Source: Candidatus Latescibacterota bacterium
Lineage (GTDB): Bacteria > Latescibacterota > UBA2968 > UBA8231
Assembly: GCA_965221775.1 (NCBI GenBank)
Contig: CBDCSU010000004.1
Span: 288,001 to 352,000 of the forward strand
Direction: 5' to 3'
DNA length: 64,000 bases
Shown here in pieces: positions 9,737 through 19,860 of the stretch. Every line of letters begins with the position of its first letter. Position 1 is the first letter of the stretch. The position numbers were made by a program, and so were the translations under genes. The notes under the pieces were generated by a model that searched no databases, had not been told where the DNA came from, and saw only the letters and a program-made list of their open reading frames with translations.

Positions 9737-11602
9737 CTATCCGGTTTCCCGCAGGTCCACGTGGAGGTCGAGACGCGGCAGGTCCACGTGCCGGACCGTG
9801 GCCGCGTAGAGGCTCCCCGGCCGGCCCCCGGGCGGCAGGCTGACCGGCGTCTCCAGGGCCAGTTCCGGAATCACGAGCAGGCCCCGGCGGCCTCTCGCGT
9901 CGATCAGCTCCGCCCCGCCCTGCCAACCGGGCCGCTGCCGCAGCCGGACCAGGGTCCAGTGGCGGTTGGCGAGCCGCTCGGTGCGGCGCACGGCAACCGC
10001 CGCCGCCTCGGCCTGGGCGGCGCGCTCGAGCACCTGATCTCGCTCCAAGGGGTCGGCCTCCGAGGCCCAGGCGCGCAGTTGCTGGTGGGCGAGGAGGTCG
10101 ACGTAGCGCCGCAGGGGACTCGTGACGCGCACGTAGGCCTGCAGTCCCAGGCCGCGGTGAGGAGCGGGCTCGCCGCTGACGCGGGCCGGAGTCTGGCGCC
10201 GCCGCAGGGCGAAGGCGGCGGCCAGCGAGCCCTCCGGCGGCGGCGCATCCGCCTCGCTCTCCGGGGCTGCTTCCTGCACCGAGAAGGGCATGGCCAGTCC
10301 GCTCTCGACCGCGGTCCGCGCCGTCCCTTCGCCGGCCAGGATCATGGCCTCGGCCACCATCCTGCGGATCGGCGAGGGGACCAGGGGCTCGATGCGGATG
10401 ACGGGCGCCTCCGTCCCGCCCTCCACGCGGATGCGCGCCTCGGGCCACTGCAGGTCCACGGCCCCGGCGGTCATCCTCCGGGAGCGGGCGCGATCGGTGA
10501 GCTCCACCAGCCTCCGCAGGAGCGGGTCCCGGTCGAGGCGTTCCTGGGCGGCTCCATAGGTCAGCCGCTCGACCCGCACCCGCGAAGGCAGGAAGGCGCA
10601 CTCCGCGACCCGGCCCTCCTCGTCGAGAACGAGCCGGAAGGAGAGGGCCGGCGACTCACCTTCCGGGCCCAGGCCCAGCCCCAGCCGATCCACCGCCCCG
10701 CGGGGCAGCATCGGGATCGCGCCGTCCGGCAGGTAGAGGGTGGCGCCGCGGTCTCTCGCCTCGCGGTCCACCGGACTCTCCGGGGGCACGGCGGCGGCGG
10801 CGTCGGCCACGTGGACCCAGAGAGCCCCGTCCTCGTCGAGGGAGACGGCGTCGTCGGGGTCGCGGCTGCCCTCGTCGTCGATGGCGAGGGCCGGCAGGTG
10901 AGTGAGGTCCTCCCGCGGCTCCGGGGACAGGTCCGCCACGGCCGCTCGCGGCGCCTCGGGAGGGAGTCCGGCGCGGGCGGGGTAGGGCACGTCCGAGACC
11001 GACCAGCGCCCCACCTCCAGGAGCAGGGCGTGGGCGTTCTCCGCCGTCTCGGCGCGGCCGAGTTCCTTCAGCACGGGCGAGCCCTCGCGGCGGCCGAGGG
11101 CCAGGTCCTGCAGGGGGCGCAGGAAATCCTCGTCCTCGCCGGTGACGGCTCCGCCCCGGACGCGCTCGAGGAAGGCGGACCAGGCCCGGGCCCTGCGGGC
11201 GGCCTGGCGGCGGCGCTCAGTCTCCTCCGACACCTCCAGCGGGGACCGCGCCAGGACGGCCTCCGGCGATCCCGAGAAGTGCAGGCCGTCGGCCACCAGC
11301 TGCCAGGCCGCCCAGGAGGCGGCGGGGGTGGCACCGCCGAAGAGCAAGTCAGCGAGGGTGGCCAGGTCGCAGGGATCCTCCCCGTGAAGCAGGTCGCGCA
11401 CGGCCTCGACCGGCTCGGCCGGCTCGAGGTCGGACAGGTCGGCCAACGTACAGGGGCCGGCATGCAGCAGGGTCACGTCCTTGGGGCGCACACGGCGGGA
11501 CCCGCCCTCCGTCTCGATCTCCAGGCGGCTCTCCCCGGGTTTCTTGACGCGAGCCGGACGGCCCTTGTAGAGTACGAGCCCGCCTGTGGGCAGCTCACTC
11601 AT
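9737..11602 (-). CDS. RNB-domain exoribonuclease (RNase II/R family)
   Basis: MSELPTGG start; catalytic IDDEGSRDPDDA, VHVAD, TLYLP, HRGLGLQAYVRVTSPLRRYVDL. Confidence 0.9.
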   Translation of the reverse strand: MSELPTGGLVLYKGRPARVKKPGESRLEIETEGGSRRVRPKDVTLLHAGPCTLADLSDLEPAEPVEAVRDLLHGEDPCDLATLADLLFGGATPAASWAAWQLVADGLHFSGSPEAVLARSPLEVSEETERRRQAARRARAWSAFLERVRGGAVTGEDEDFLRPLQDLALGRREGSPVLKELGRAETAENAHALLLEVGRWSVSDVPYPARAGLPPEAPRAAVADLSPEPREDLTHLPALAIDDEGSRDPDDAVSLDEDGALWVHVADAAAAVPPESPVDREARDRGATLYLPDGAIPMLPRGAVDRLGLGLGPEGESPALSFRLVLDEEGRVAECAFLPSRVRVERLTYGAAQERLDRDPLLRRLVELTDRARSRRMTAGAVDLQWPEARIRVEGGTEAPVIRIEPLVPSPIRRMVAEAMILAGEGTARTAVESGLAMPFSVQEAAPESEADAPPPEGSLAAAFALRRRQTPARVSGEPAPHRGLGLQAYVRVTSPLRRYVDLLAHQQLRAWASEADPLERDQVLERAAQAEAAAVAVRRTERLANRHWTLVRLRQRPGWQGGAELIDARGRRGLLVIPELALETPVSLPPGGRPGSLYAATVRHVDLPRLDLHVDLRETG

Positions 11603-11692
11603 TCCCGACTTCCTTCCCCTCCGTGCAAAGCTGCACCCGCCAGTCCAGGCTGTCCAAGGCGGCCTCCCGCGGCGGCCGACCCTGAACCCGGC

Positions 11693-13186
11693 GTGGCACC
11701 GGACCTCTCTCTCGGCATCGACCTGGGCACCACGAGTGTCAAGGTCCTTCTGGTCGACTCCGGCGGCCGGGTGGTGGGCAGGGCCTCGGCCGGCTACCCC
11801 CTGCACACCCCGAGGCCGGGGTGGGTGGAGCAGGATCCGGAGGACTGGTGGCAGGCCACGTGCGCGGCCCTGCGCGAAGCCGCGCGGCAGGTCGATCCGG
11901 CTCGCATCCGGGGACTCTCCCTCTCGGGGCAACTCAACGGCGGACTCTTCCTCGACGAGGCCCTGCAGCCGTTGCGGCCGGTGCCGATCTGGCTCGACCA
12001 CCGGGCCGCGGAGCTCTGCCGGCGCATCGATGACGGCGCCGCGGGGGACCGCGTCCTCCAGGCGGCCCGGCAGCGCTTGACGCCGGTGAACACCCTGGCC
12101 AAGATCCTCTGGGTGCGCGACCACGAGCCGGCGGTGTACAGGAAGACGCGCGTCGTCGTGCTGCCGAAGGACTGGCTGCGGCTCCGCCTCTCGGGCAGCA
12201 CCGGCACCGACCTGACGGACGCTTCCGTGACCGCCGCCCTCGACCTGAAGGAGAAGCGCTGGTCGTCGGAGGTCCTCGCCGCCGTCGGTGTGCGCGAGGA
12301 TCTGTTTCCTCCGCTGTCCCCGTCGACCGAAGTGGTGGGCGCCGTCACCGAGGCGGCGGCGGCCTCCACCGGGCTTCCGGCCGGCCTTCCGGTCTGCGCC
12401 GGCGGCGGCGACATGCCCTGCCTCGCCGTGGGCAGCGGAGTGGTCCGTCCCGGGATCGTCTCCCTCGGGATCGGCACCGCGGCCCACGCCACGGCTTACG
12501 CCCCGGGCCTGGAGACCGCCTCCGGGCCTGCCACCGAGGGGCTGTGGCCGATGTGCCACCCCGACGGCCGCGGCCATGCCTGGCTCGGGTGCTCCTTCAC
12601 CGGGGGCGAGAGCCTGCGCTGGCTCACCGGGATCCTCGGCGCCGGCTACGAGGGGTTGCTCGCCGAGGCGGAACAAGCCGAAGCCGGCAGTGGGGGACTG
12701 GTCTTCGCCCCCTGGCTGGAGGGCCGGGCCACGCCGGGTCCCGACCCGGCCGCCCGGGGGGCCTTCCTGGGGCTGGACCTGCGCCACGGGCGCGGGCACA
12801 TGGTACGCGCCGTCATGGAAGGTGTGGCCTACGATCTCCGCGAGTGCCTCGAGTGCTTCCGTTGCGCCGGGCTGCCGGATCACGAGATCCGCATCGGCGA
12901 AGGCGGCCTGCGCTCCGTCCTGTGGAGGCAGATCGTGGCCGACGTGGTGGGCGCGCCGGTGCGCGTCCTCGCCGTGGAGGACCTTTCCGCCCTCGGCGCG
13001 GCCCTGATCGCCGCCGTGGGCACGGGCCTGTTCGAGGACTTCGAAGAGGCCTGCGGCGCCGGAGTCCGGCTCGCCGGGACGGTGGAGCCCCGGGACGAGG
13101 CGCGAGCCGCCTACGAGGAGGGATTCGTGGAGTACCAGCAGATCTATCCCGCCCTGCGGGACTGGCACGGAGGGCGCGGCCCATGA
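11693..13186 (+). CDS. xylB: Xylulokinase / FGGY carbohydrate kinase
   Basis: GIDLGTTSVK, WVEQDPEDWW, SGQ, WLDHR, LPKDW, GGGD, RAVMEGVA, ALGAA. The GTG start is approximate. Confidence 0.8.
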   Translation: MAPDLSLGIDLGTTSVKVLLVDSGGRVVGRASAGYPLHTPRPGWVEQDPEDWWQATCAALREAARQVDPARIRGLSLSGQLNGGLFLDEALQPLRPVPIWLDHRAAELCRRIDDGAAGDRVLQAARQRLTPVNTLAKILWVRDHEPAVYRKTRVVVLPKDWLRLRLSGSTGTDLTDASVTAALDLKEKRWSSEVLAAVGVREDLFPPLSPSTEVVGAVTEAAAASTGLPAGLPVCAGGGDMPCLAVGSGVVRPGIVSLGIGTAAHATAYAPGLETASGPATEGLWPMCHPDGRGHAWLGCSFTGGESLRWLTGILGAGYEGLLAEAEQAEAGSGGLVFAPWLEGRATPGPDPAARGAFLGLDLRHGRGHMVRAVMEGVAYDLRECLECFRCAGLPDHEIRIGEGGLRSVLWRQIVADVVGAPVRVLAVEDLSALGAALIAAVGTGLFEDFEEACGAGVRLAGTVEPRDEARAAYEEGFVEYQQIYPALRDWHGGRGP

Positions 13187-13425
13187 AGCCGGAATTACCG
13201 TTCGAGGGGGAGGGGCTCGGCGACGAGCCGCGGCGGCATCCGCTGATCTGGGTGGTGTACCTGTTGCTGTTCGCCGTGGCCGTTCCCTGGTACTGGCCGA
13301 CGGGATACCGGGGCCCGCTGGTCCTCGGCCTGCCCCTGTGGGCCGCCGTGAGCCTGGGAGCCGTCGTTCTGATGGCCCTGTGGACGGGGTTCGTCATCCG
13401 CCGCTGGTGGCGGGAGGAGGCCTGA
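13183..13425 (+). CDS. Small two-helix membrane protein, putative SSS transporter accessory subunit
   Basis: 80 aa, ATGA overlap, two hydrophobic segments (LIWVVYLLLFAVAVPWYW; LGLPLWAAVSLGAVVLMALWTGFVI), directly upstream of a sodium:solute symporter. Confidence 0.78.
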   Translation: MKPELPFEGEGLGDEPRRHPLIWVVYLLLFAVAVPWYWPTGYRGPLVLGLPLWAAVSLGAVVLMALWTGFVIRRWWREEA

Positions 13426-14889
13426 GTGGAATCCGGATCGGGCTTCGGCACCGGCGCCCTCGTCGTCATCGGTCTCTACCTGGTGATGATGATCGGCGTC
13501 GGCTGGATCGGCCGGCTGCGGCGCAAGAGCGACAGCATGGCCGACTTCTACCTGGCCGGCCGCTCCATGGGCCTGCCGGTGCTGCTGCTGACCCTCTACG
13601 CCACGCAGTACAGCGGCAACACCATGTTCGGGTACACGGGCAAGGCCTACCGGATCGGCTTCGAGTGGACCGTCTCGATCCTGTTCATGTTCTCCATCAT
13701 CGTCGGCTACCTGCTCTTCGCGCCGCGCCTCGTGGCCCTCTCCCGGCGCCTCGACTTCATCACTCCCGGCGACTACATCCGGCACCGTTTCGGCTCGCCC
13801 ATCCTGACCCTGCTGGCCACCCTGCTGATGGTCTACGCCCTCGGCAACTACACCCTCGCCCAGCTCAAGGCGATGGGGGTGGCCGTGGAGGGGATCACCG
13901 ACGGCGGCATCTCCTCGGCCTGGGGCATCATCGCCCTGGCGGTGATCATGGTCGTCTACGAGACCCTGGGGGGCATGCGGTCCGTGGCCTGGACCGACGT
14001 GATCCAGGGGGTCGTCCTGCTCGCCGGGTTCTCCGTCCTCCTGTTCCTGGTGCCCGGCCTGGGGGGAGGACTGACAGCGGTCGTGGAGGAGCTGAGCGTG
14101 AGCGAGCCCGCCATGGTCGGGGCGCCGTCCCTGGAGGTCTGCAACACCTGGATCAGCTTCGTCTTCCTCCTCGGCTGCGGCGCCGCCATCTACCCCCAGG
14201 CGATCCAGCGGCTCTACGCCAGCCGCTCGGTGAGCGTCCTCAAACGGTCCCTGACGGTGATGGCCTTCCTGCCCCTGACCACCACCCTCATCGCCCTCCT
14301 CTGCGGGCTCACGGGCCGCGTCGTGCTGCCGGGCCTGGAGGGGGTCGAGACCGACCAGATCCTGGGGCGGCTCTGCGGCCTGATCATGGAGCAGTCCCTG
14401 GCGGGGTACTGGCTCGTGGTGGTCATCTTCGCCGCCGCCCTCGCCGCCCTCATGTCGACGGCCGACTCGGCGCTGCTGAGCATCTCCTCCATGTTCACCC
14501 GCGACATCTACCAGGTCCACTTCAGGCCGGAGGCGCCGCAGTCGGAGCTGACCCTGGTGGGCAAGATCGTCTCCTGGGTGGTGGTGGCCGTCCTGGTGGT
14601 CATCGCCATCAGCACCGAGAAGACCCTCGTGCGCCTGCTGGAGCTCAAGTTCGAGGTCCTCATCCAGATCGTGCCCTGCTTCTTCCTCGGGCTGTACTGG
14701 CGGCGGCTGCGGACCTCGGTGATCATCTGGGGCCTGCTCGCCGGTCTGGCAGTCGCCCTCGGCCTCACCGCCGCCGGCCACAGCAAGCTCTACGGGTTCC
14801 ACGCCGGGGTCGTCGGCCTGGGCGTCAACCTCCTCATCTGCGCCGCCGGCCGCCTCCTGGCCCCGGCCAGGCCGGAAGGAGAAGGGTGA
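13426..14889 (+). CDS. Sodium:solute symporter (SSS, PanF/PutP-like)
   Basis: DFYLAGRSMG, ATQYSGNT, GGMRSVAWTDVIQG, AALMSTADSALL; many TM helices; GGAGGAGG RBS. Confidence 0.93.
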   Translation: MESGSGFGTGALVVIGLYLVMMIGVGWIGRLRRKSDSMADFYLAGRSMGLPVLLLTLYATQYSGNTMFGYTGKAYRIGFEWTVSILFMFSIIVGYLLFAPRLVALSRRLDFITPGDYIRHRFGSPILTLLATLLMVYALGNYTLAQLKAMGVAVEGITDGGISSAWGIIALAVIMVVYETLGGMRSVAWTDVIQGVVLLAGFSVLLFLVPGLGGGLTAVVEELSVSEPAMVGAPSLEVCNTWISFVFLLGCGAAIYPQAIQRLYASRSVSVLKRSLTVMAFLPLTTTLIALLCGLTGRVVLPGLEGVETDQILGRLCGLIMEQSLAGYWLVVVIFAAALAALMSTADSALLSISSMFTRDIYQVHFRPEAPQSELTLVGKIVSWVVVAVLVVIAISTEKTLVRLLELKFEVLIQIVPCFFLGLYWRRLRTSVIIWGLLAGLAVALGLTAAGHSKLYGFHAGVVGLGVNLLICAAGRLLAPARPEGEG

Positions 14890-14890
14890 A

Positions 14891-16012
14891 GTGAAGATCA
14901 CCTCCGTGGACATCTGGACCGTCGTGGTACCCACGATCCCCGGGCGGGTGCACAGCCCGGAGTGGGTCGCCGAGACCGGCTGGGACCAGGTGCCCAAGCA
15001 CCTGCTGCGGCTGAACACCGACACCGAGCTGCACGGGATCGGGGAGACCGGGCGGGGGGTCCCGTTGGAGCAGGTGCAGGAGGGGGCCCGCCTCCTCCTC
15101 GGCAGCGATCCGGAGAGGCTCTCCCTCCGGGACCTCTACGCCGTGCCCGCGGGCCGGGTCCTCGACGGCAGCGAACGCGGCGTGCCCGGCGTTCAGCAGG
15201 GCCCCGCGTACGCCGCTTTCGAGATGGCCGTCCTCGACCTGGTGGGCCGCGCCCGGCAACTGCCCGTCCACGCCCTTCTGGGCGGCGCCGTGCGCTGGCG
15301 GGTGCGCGCCGACTACTGGATCGGCCACCAGACCCCCGAGGACGGCAGGCGGTCGGTGGAGCGCGCCCTGCGGCTGGGCTTCCACGGGGTCAAGATCAAG
15401 TGCAAGCTGGACGAGCCGATGGAGGAGCGCCTGCGCGCCATGCGCGACGTGGCCGGCGCCGACTTCAAGGTCACCGTCGACCCCAACGAGCGGTTCCACA
15501 CGGCACAACAGGCGATCGAGCTGGCCCACCGGCTCGTGGCCCTGGGCAACGTCGAGGTCTTCGAGGACCCGATCCCCAAGGGGGACCTGGAGGGCTACGT
15601 CCGCATCCACGAGGAGGTGGACGCGCCGATCGCCATGCATCTCGGCGACGGGGCCTCCATGCTGAGGGCCCTGGAGGCCGGGTGCGTGGACTGCTTCAAC
15701 CTCGGCAGCGGCCCGGTCCGGATGCCGGACCTGGCACAGATCGCCGCCGCCGCGGGCATGCCCTGCTGGCACGGCTCCGGCAACGACCTGGGGATCATCG
15801 ACACCTCCTACATCCACGCCGCGGCCCTGGCCCCCGCCTGCACCATGGCCTCCGACTTCGTCGGCAGCTGGACCCGCGAGGACGACCTCATCGTCGAGCC
15901 GATCGAGTTCGTCGACGGCTACGTGAACACCCCCCAGGAGCCGGGCCTCGGGTGCGATCTCGACCTGGAGGCGCTGCCGAGGTACACCCGGGCCCACGAG
16001 GAGATCCGCTGA
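14891..16012 (+). CDS. Enolase-superfamily (mandelate racemase/muconate lactonizing) enzyme, atypical
   Basis: GIGE, FEMAVLDLVGR..LPVHALLGG, KIK, DPNE, EDP, PQEPGLG. Confidence 0.85.
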   Translation: MKITSVDIWTVVVPTIPGRVHSPEWVAETGWDQVPKHLLRLNTDTELHGIGETGRGVPLEQVQEGARLLLGSDPERLSLRDLYAVPAGRVLDGSERGVPGVQQGPAYAAFEMAVLDLVGRARQLPVHALLGGAVRWRVRADYWIGHQTPEDGRRSVERALRLGFHGVKIKCKLDEPMEERLRAMRDVAGADFKVTVDPNERFHTAQQAIELAHRLVALGNVEVFEDPIPKGDLEGYVRIHEEVDAPIAMHLGDGASMLRALEAGCVDCFNLGSGPVRMPDLAQIAAAAGMPCWHGSGNDLGIIDTSYIHAAALAPACTMASDFVGSWTREDDLIVEPIEFVDGYVNTPQEPGLGCDLDLEALPRYTRAHEEIR

Positions 16013-17751
16013 TGGCGCCGCCCTCCGCCTTCAGCGCCGCCCTGGGGGAGTGGCGGCGGGCCTTCGACGACCGCGGCTCCGCCCTCGGCCGCGACCTTCA
16101 GCGGCTCTACGGCGACGAGTCCGAGGCCTGGCGGCTCCGCTACCGGGAGGCCCTCGCCCTCTTCGCCGAGCGCCATCCCGAAGGCGGCGAGGGACGCCGG
16201 GTGGTCATCAGCCGCTGCCCCGGACAGATGAACATCATGGGCATGCACATCGACTACGGCGGCATGCCCAGCCTGCGCCTGGCCGTGCGCGGCCACGACA
16301 CGGTTACGGTGGCGGCGGCGCGCGACGACGACCGGGTGGCGCTGCACAGCATCTACCGCGGCGACGGGGGCGCAGGGCAGGACTTCGAACCCGTGAGCTT
16401 CCGCCTGTCGGACCTGGCCGCCGCCGAGCCGCTGGCCACGCGCCAGGACCTGATGGACTACGCCGGGACCCTGGGCACCCGCCGGGAGCAGGAGACGGGG
16501 AGCGCCATGGACGACGGTTGGGGCATCCTGCCCCAGGGGCAGCTCGTCTATCTCGACAGCTGGCTGCGCCTGCGGGGGCGCCGTCCGCGGGGCCTGGACG
16601 CCCTCCTCTTCAGCAACGTCTCGCCCTCGGGAGGCATGTCCTCCTCGTCGGCGCTGGTCATCTCCACGGCCTTCGCCGTCCTCGGCCTCCACGGCCTGCG
16701 TCCGGGCCGCGACATCTCCTGGGAGGACGTCATCGACGGGGTCGGCACCTCCGAGTGGATCCGGGGCACCCGCGGCGGCACCGCCGACCACGGCGGCATG
16801 GTCCTGGGCCGGTCCGGGCAGCTGGTGAGCGTCGGCGTCTTCCCGGCGCAAAACTGCGGCTCGGCGCCCCTGCCGGAGGAGTACGTGGCCATCCTCCTCG
16901 ACAGCGGGGTCCCGCGAGTCTACGACGAGGCCGGCAAGGAGGAGACCGTCCTCGCCTACCCGCTGGGCACGTACCTGCTGCGGGACGTGCTGCTGCCGGC
17001 GATGCGCGGAGCCCCGGGATGGGAGGGCCTGGTGCCGGACTTTCGCGAGCGGGTCGAGATGATCCGCGATCTGACGCCGGAGAACCTGGGCCTCACCACG
17101 GCGCAGCTGTGCGAGTTGCTGGCCATGGTGCCGGAGCGCACCAGCCTGGCCGAGCTCGAGGCGAGCGCCCGCGGCTCCGGCGGCCTCGAGGCCTACGCCG
17201 AGATGCACCGGCGCGACGTGGGGGAGCGGTTTCCCCATACGCGTTCCGACTCTCCGATGCTGCTGCGGCGGCGGTTCACCTTCGGCCTGGCCGAGCAGGA
17301 CCGGGTGGCCGCCGCCGTCGACCTCCTGGCGGCCGGCGACGCGGCCACCGCCTTCGAGCTGGTCCGCCTGTCCCACGCCGGGGACCGCGATGATGAGGTG
17401 ACCCTCGAGGAACTGGCGGCCGTGGCCGAGGCCTCGCGCCGGGGCGATCCTCGGGGCCGTCTCGCCTTCGTGCCCGGTGGGTATGGACGCATGACCGAGG
17501 CGTACGACCGCGTGGTCACCACCCTGAACGACTTCCTCGCAGGCTGCGGAGAGGACGCCGGGGCGGTGCAGCGGCTGGGCGCCGGATGGGGGGGCAACCT
17601 GGGCGGCCTGATCTCGCGGCGTTTCCTCGCCGGCCCGGAGCGCTCGGCCATGGAGGAGGTGATCGCCGCCCTCGGCCTCCCGGAGGCGGATCTCGACGGT
17701 TCGGTGGCCACGCCGGGGGAGGGCGCTTGCCTGCTGACCCCTCCCTCGTAG
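16012..17751 (+). CDS. GHMP-family kinase, galactokinase-like, divergent
   Basis: TGATG coupling; PGQMNIMGMHIDY (cf. PGRVNLIGEHTDY), PSGGMSSSSA (motif II), GTADH, RLGAGWGG (motif III). Confidence 0.78.
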   Translation: MAPPSAFSAALGEWRRAFDDRGSALGRDLQRLYGDESEAWRLRYREALALFAERHPEGGEGRRVVISRCPGQMNIMGMHIDYGGMPSLRLAVRGHDTVTVAAARDDDRVALHSIYRGDGGAGQDFEPVSFRLSDLAAAEPLATRQDLMDYAGTLGTRREQETGSAMDDGWGILPQGQLVYLDSWLRLRGRRPRGLDALLFSNVSPSGGMSSSSALVISTAFAVLGLHGLRPGRDISWEDVIDGVGTSEWIRGTRGGTADHGGMVLGRSGQLVSVGVFPAQNCGSAPLPEEYVAILLDSGVPRVYDEAGKEETVLAYPLGTYLLRDVLLPAMRGAPGWEGLVPDFRERVEMIRDLTPENLGLTTAQLCELLAMVPERTSLAELEASARGSGGLEAYAEMHRRDVGERFPHTRSDSPMLLRRRFTFGLAEQDRVAAAVDLLAAGDAATAFELVRLSHAGDRDDEVTLEELAAVAEASRRGDPRGRLAFVPGGYGRMTEAYDRVVTTLNDFLAGCGEDAGAVQRLGAGWGGNLGGLISRRFLAGPERSAMEEVIAALGLPEADLDGSVATPGEGACLLTPPS

Positions 17752-18938
17752 ACGAGGCGCCCCTGCTGGAGGGGGTCCGGGTCCTCGACTTCACCCGCGT
17801 CCTGGCCGGCCCCTACGCGACGATGGTGCTGGCCGACCTCGGCGCCGAGGTGATCAAGGTCGAGCTGCCCGGCAGCGGCGACGAGGCGAGGAACTTCGGA
17901 CCCTTCGTCGGCGGTGTGAGCGCCTACTACGCGAGCGTCAACCGCGGCAAGAAGTCGGTCACCCTCGACCTGCGCACCCCACGAGGCGCGCAACTGGCCA
18001 TGGACCTGGTGGAAGCAGCCGACGTCCTGGTGGAGAACTTCCGCCCCGGCACCATGGCGCGCTTCGGCCTCGACTGCGAGCGCGCCTCGGCGCGCAATCC
18101 TCGCCTGGTGTACGCGTCGATCTCCGGCTTCGGCCAGAGCGGCCCGTACTCCCACCGGCCGGCGTACGACGTGATCGTGCAGGCCATGAGCGGGCTGGCC
18201 TCGATCACCGGCCTGCCCGGTCAGCCCCCGGTGCGGGTCGGCTCGTCGACGGCGGATCTGAGCGCCGCCCTCTTCGCCTGCGTCGGCCTCCTGGCGGCCC
18301 TGGCCAGGGCCCGCGAGACCGGGCGCGGCCGCCACCTCGACCTGTCCATGCTCGACTGCCAGGTGGCCCTGCTGGAGAACGCCATCGCCCGCTACGACGT
18401 GACGAGGGAGGTGCCGGGGCCCCTCGGATCCCGGCACCCGGCGATCACGCCCTTCCAGTTCTTCGCCGCCGCCGACGGCTGGGTGGTGGTGGCCGCCGGC
18501 AACGACCGTCTCTTCGCCCGTCTGTGCGAGGTCGTGCAGCGGCCGGGGCTGACCACCGACGAGCGCTTCTCCGACAATGCCGCCCGCACGGCGAACCACC
18601 AGGCCCTCGAGGCCGAGCTGGGGGCCTCCTTCGCCGGGGACTCCGTGGCCGGGTGGCTCGACCGCCTGGAGAAGGCCGGGGTCCCGTGCGGCCCGGTGAA
18701 CGACGTGGCCGACGTGGTGCGGGACCCCCAGATCCAGGCTCGCGCGATGGTCCGGCGGCAGCCGTGCGAGGGCGGGACGGTGGCCGTGCCCGCCACTCCG
18801 CTGCGGTTCTCGCAGGACCCGCCCCGAGACCCCAGGGCGGCGCCCGACCTCGGCGAGCACACGGAATCCGTCCTGCAGGAGCATCTGGGCCTCGATGCCG
18901 AGGCCCTGGTCTCCCTGCGGCGGGACGGCGTCATCTGA
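17727..18938 (+). CDS. Family III CoA-transferase (CaiB/BaiF)
   Basis: LEGVRVLDFTRVLAGP, LADLGAEVIKVE, NRGKKS, ENFRPG, AYD, APDLGEHT. The TTG start after GGGGAGG is tentative. Confidence 0.9.
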   Translation: MPADPSLVDEAPLLEGVRVLDFTRVLAGPYATMVLADLGAEVIKVELPGSGDEARNFGPFVGGVSAYYASVNRGKKSVTLDLRTPRGAQLAMDLVEAADVLVENFRPGTMARFGLDCERASARNPRLVYASISGFGQSGPYSHRPAYDVIVQAMSGLASITGLPGQPPVRVGSSTADLSAALFACVGLLAALARARETGRGRHLDLSMLDCQVALLENAIARYDVTREVPGPLGSRHPAITPFQFFAAADGWVVVAAGNDRLFARLCEVVQRPGLTTDERFSDNAARTANHQALEAELGASFAGDSVAGWLDRLEKAGVPCGPVNDVADVVRDPQIQARAMVRRQPCEGGTVAVPATPLRFSQDPPRDPRAAPDLGEHTESVLQEHLGLDAEALVSLRRDGVI

Positions 18939-18963
18939 ACATTCGATCGAAGAAAGGCGCGGG

Positions 18964-19860
18964 ATGATCCCCCTGATCAGCAGTCAGTGCTACGGCCCCC
19001 TCCAGATCTGTCACCTGCCGCGGCTGTGGTGGAAGGCGTCGCTGAACGCCGCCGGCCGCCTGGCCGAGGACTACCCGGAGTGCACCCCCGTCCTCGACAG
19101 CATGGTCCTCGATCTGCTCGGCCTCGACAAGGAGGCGGCCCTCGGGCACATCCACTCGGGGCGGCCCGACTATCTCGCCTTCGAGGCCTGGGTCCGCGAT
19201 CAGACGGGGGGTGGACCCTCCCGTGAACAGGTCGAGGAGTGGAACGGCTCCATCCGCTCCCGGGTCCACCAGCAGTGGAAGATCGACGACATCTACCCGA
19301 CCCTCGGCTTCGACGGATCTGAGGGAATCACTTCAGCCGTGGTGCTCAACCACCTGGAGGACTGGCACTTCTGGCATGCCCGGGACCTGGGAGGGGAAGC
19401 GCTGGAAGGATGGCGCGGCCGGACCGTGCCGCTGGTCTCATCCCTCGACTACGGTCTCCTGGGCGTCTGCCAGCTGCCGCGCACATGGCACAAGGTGCTG
19501 CTCCAGGCCGCCGGCCTGCTGCACGCCGACTACCCGGGCCTGGGCGGCGGCCTCGACCGGCGCGTGGTCGTGGACGTCCTCGGCCTGGACGCCGATCAGG
19601 TCGTCGAGCACCTGACCTCGGAGCGCCCCTCCTACCTCGAGTTCGAGGACTGGGTGGGGGAGCAGCTGGGGGGGCGAGAGGTGAACGGCGCCGTGGAGGA
19701 GTGGAACGGGTTCGTGCGCAACCGGGTCCACCGGGCCGACAAGCGGGCCGACATCCATAGCAACCTGGGGCGTCCCGACGACGGCTCGCTGCCGCAGTCG
19801 GCGGTGGTCCTCAACCACGTGGAGGACTGGCACCTCGCCCACGGCATCCTGTGGGCGGAG
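18964..19860 (+). repeat. Internal gene duplication, about 155-codon period
   Basis: 19339-19368 and 19804-19833 match at 28 of 30 nt (gtggtSctcaaccacStggaggactggcac), offset 465 nt. Confidence 0.85.

Noticed and set aside
8897-14889. panB plus a PanF-like symporter as a pantothenate module
   Set aside because: They are separated by an opposite-strand RNase gene, the symporter sits in a sugar-kinase operon, and its substrate cannot be read from sequence.
2909-17751. Apparent giant fusion ORFs in the track (903, 1043, 869, 1143, 1141 and 929 aa)
   Set aside because: Their N-terminal parts are open frames overlapping neighbouring real genes; the real starts are internal, with RBS or stop-start overlaps.
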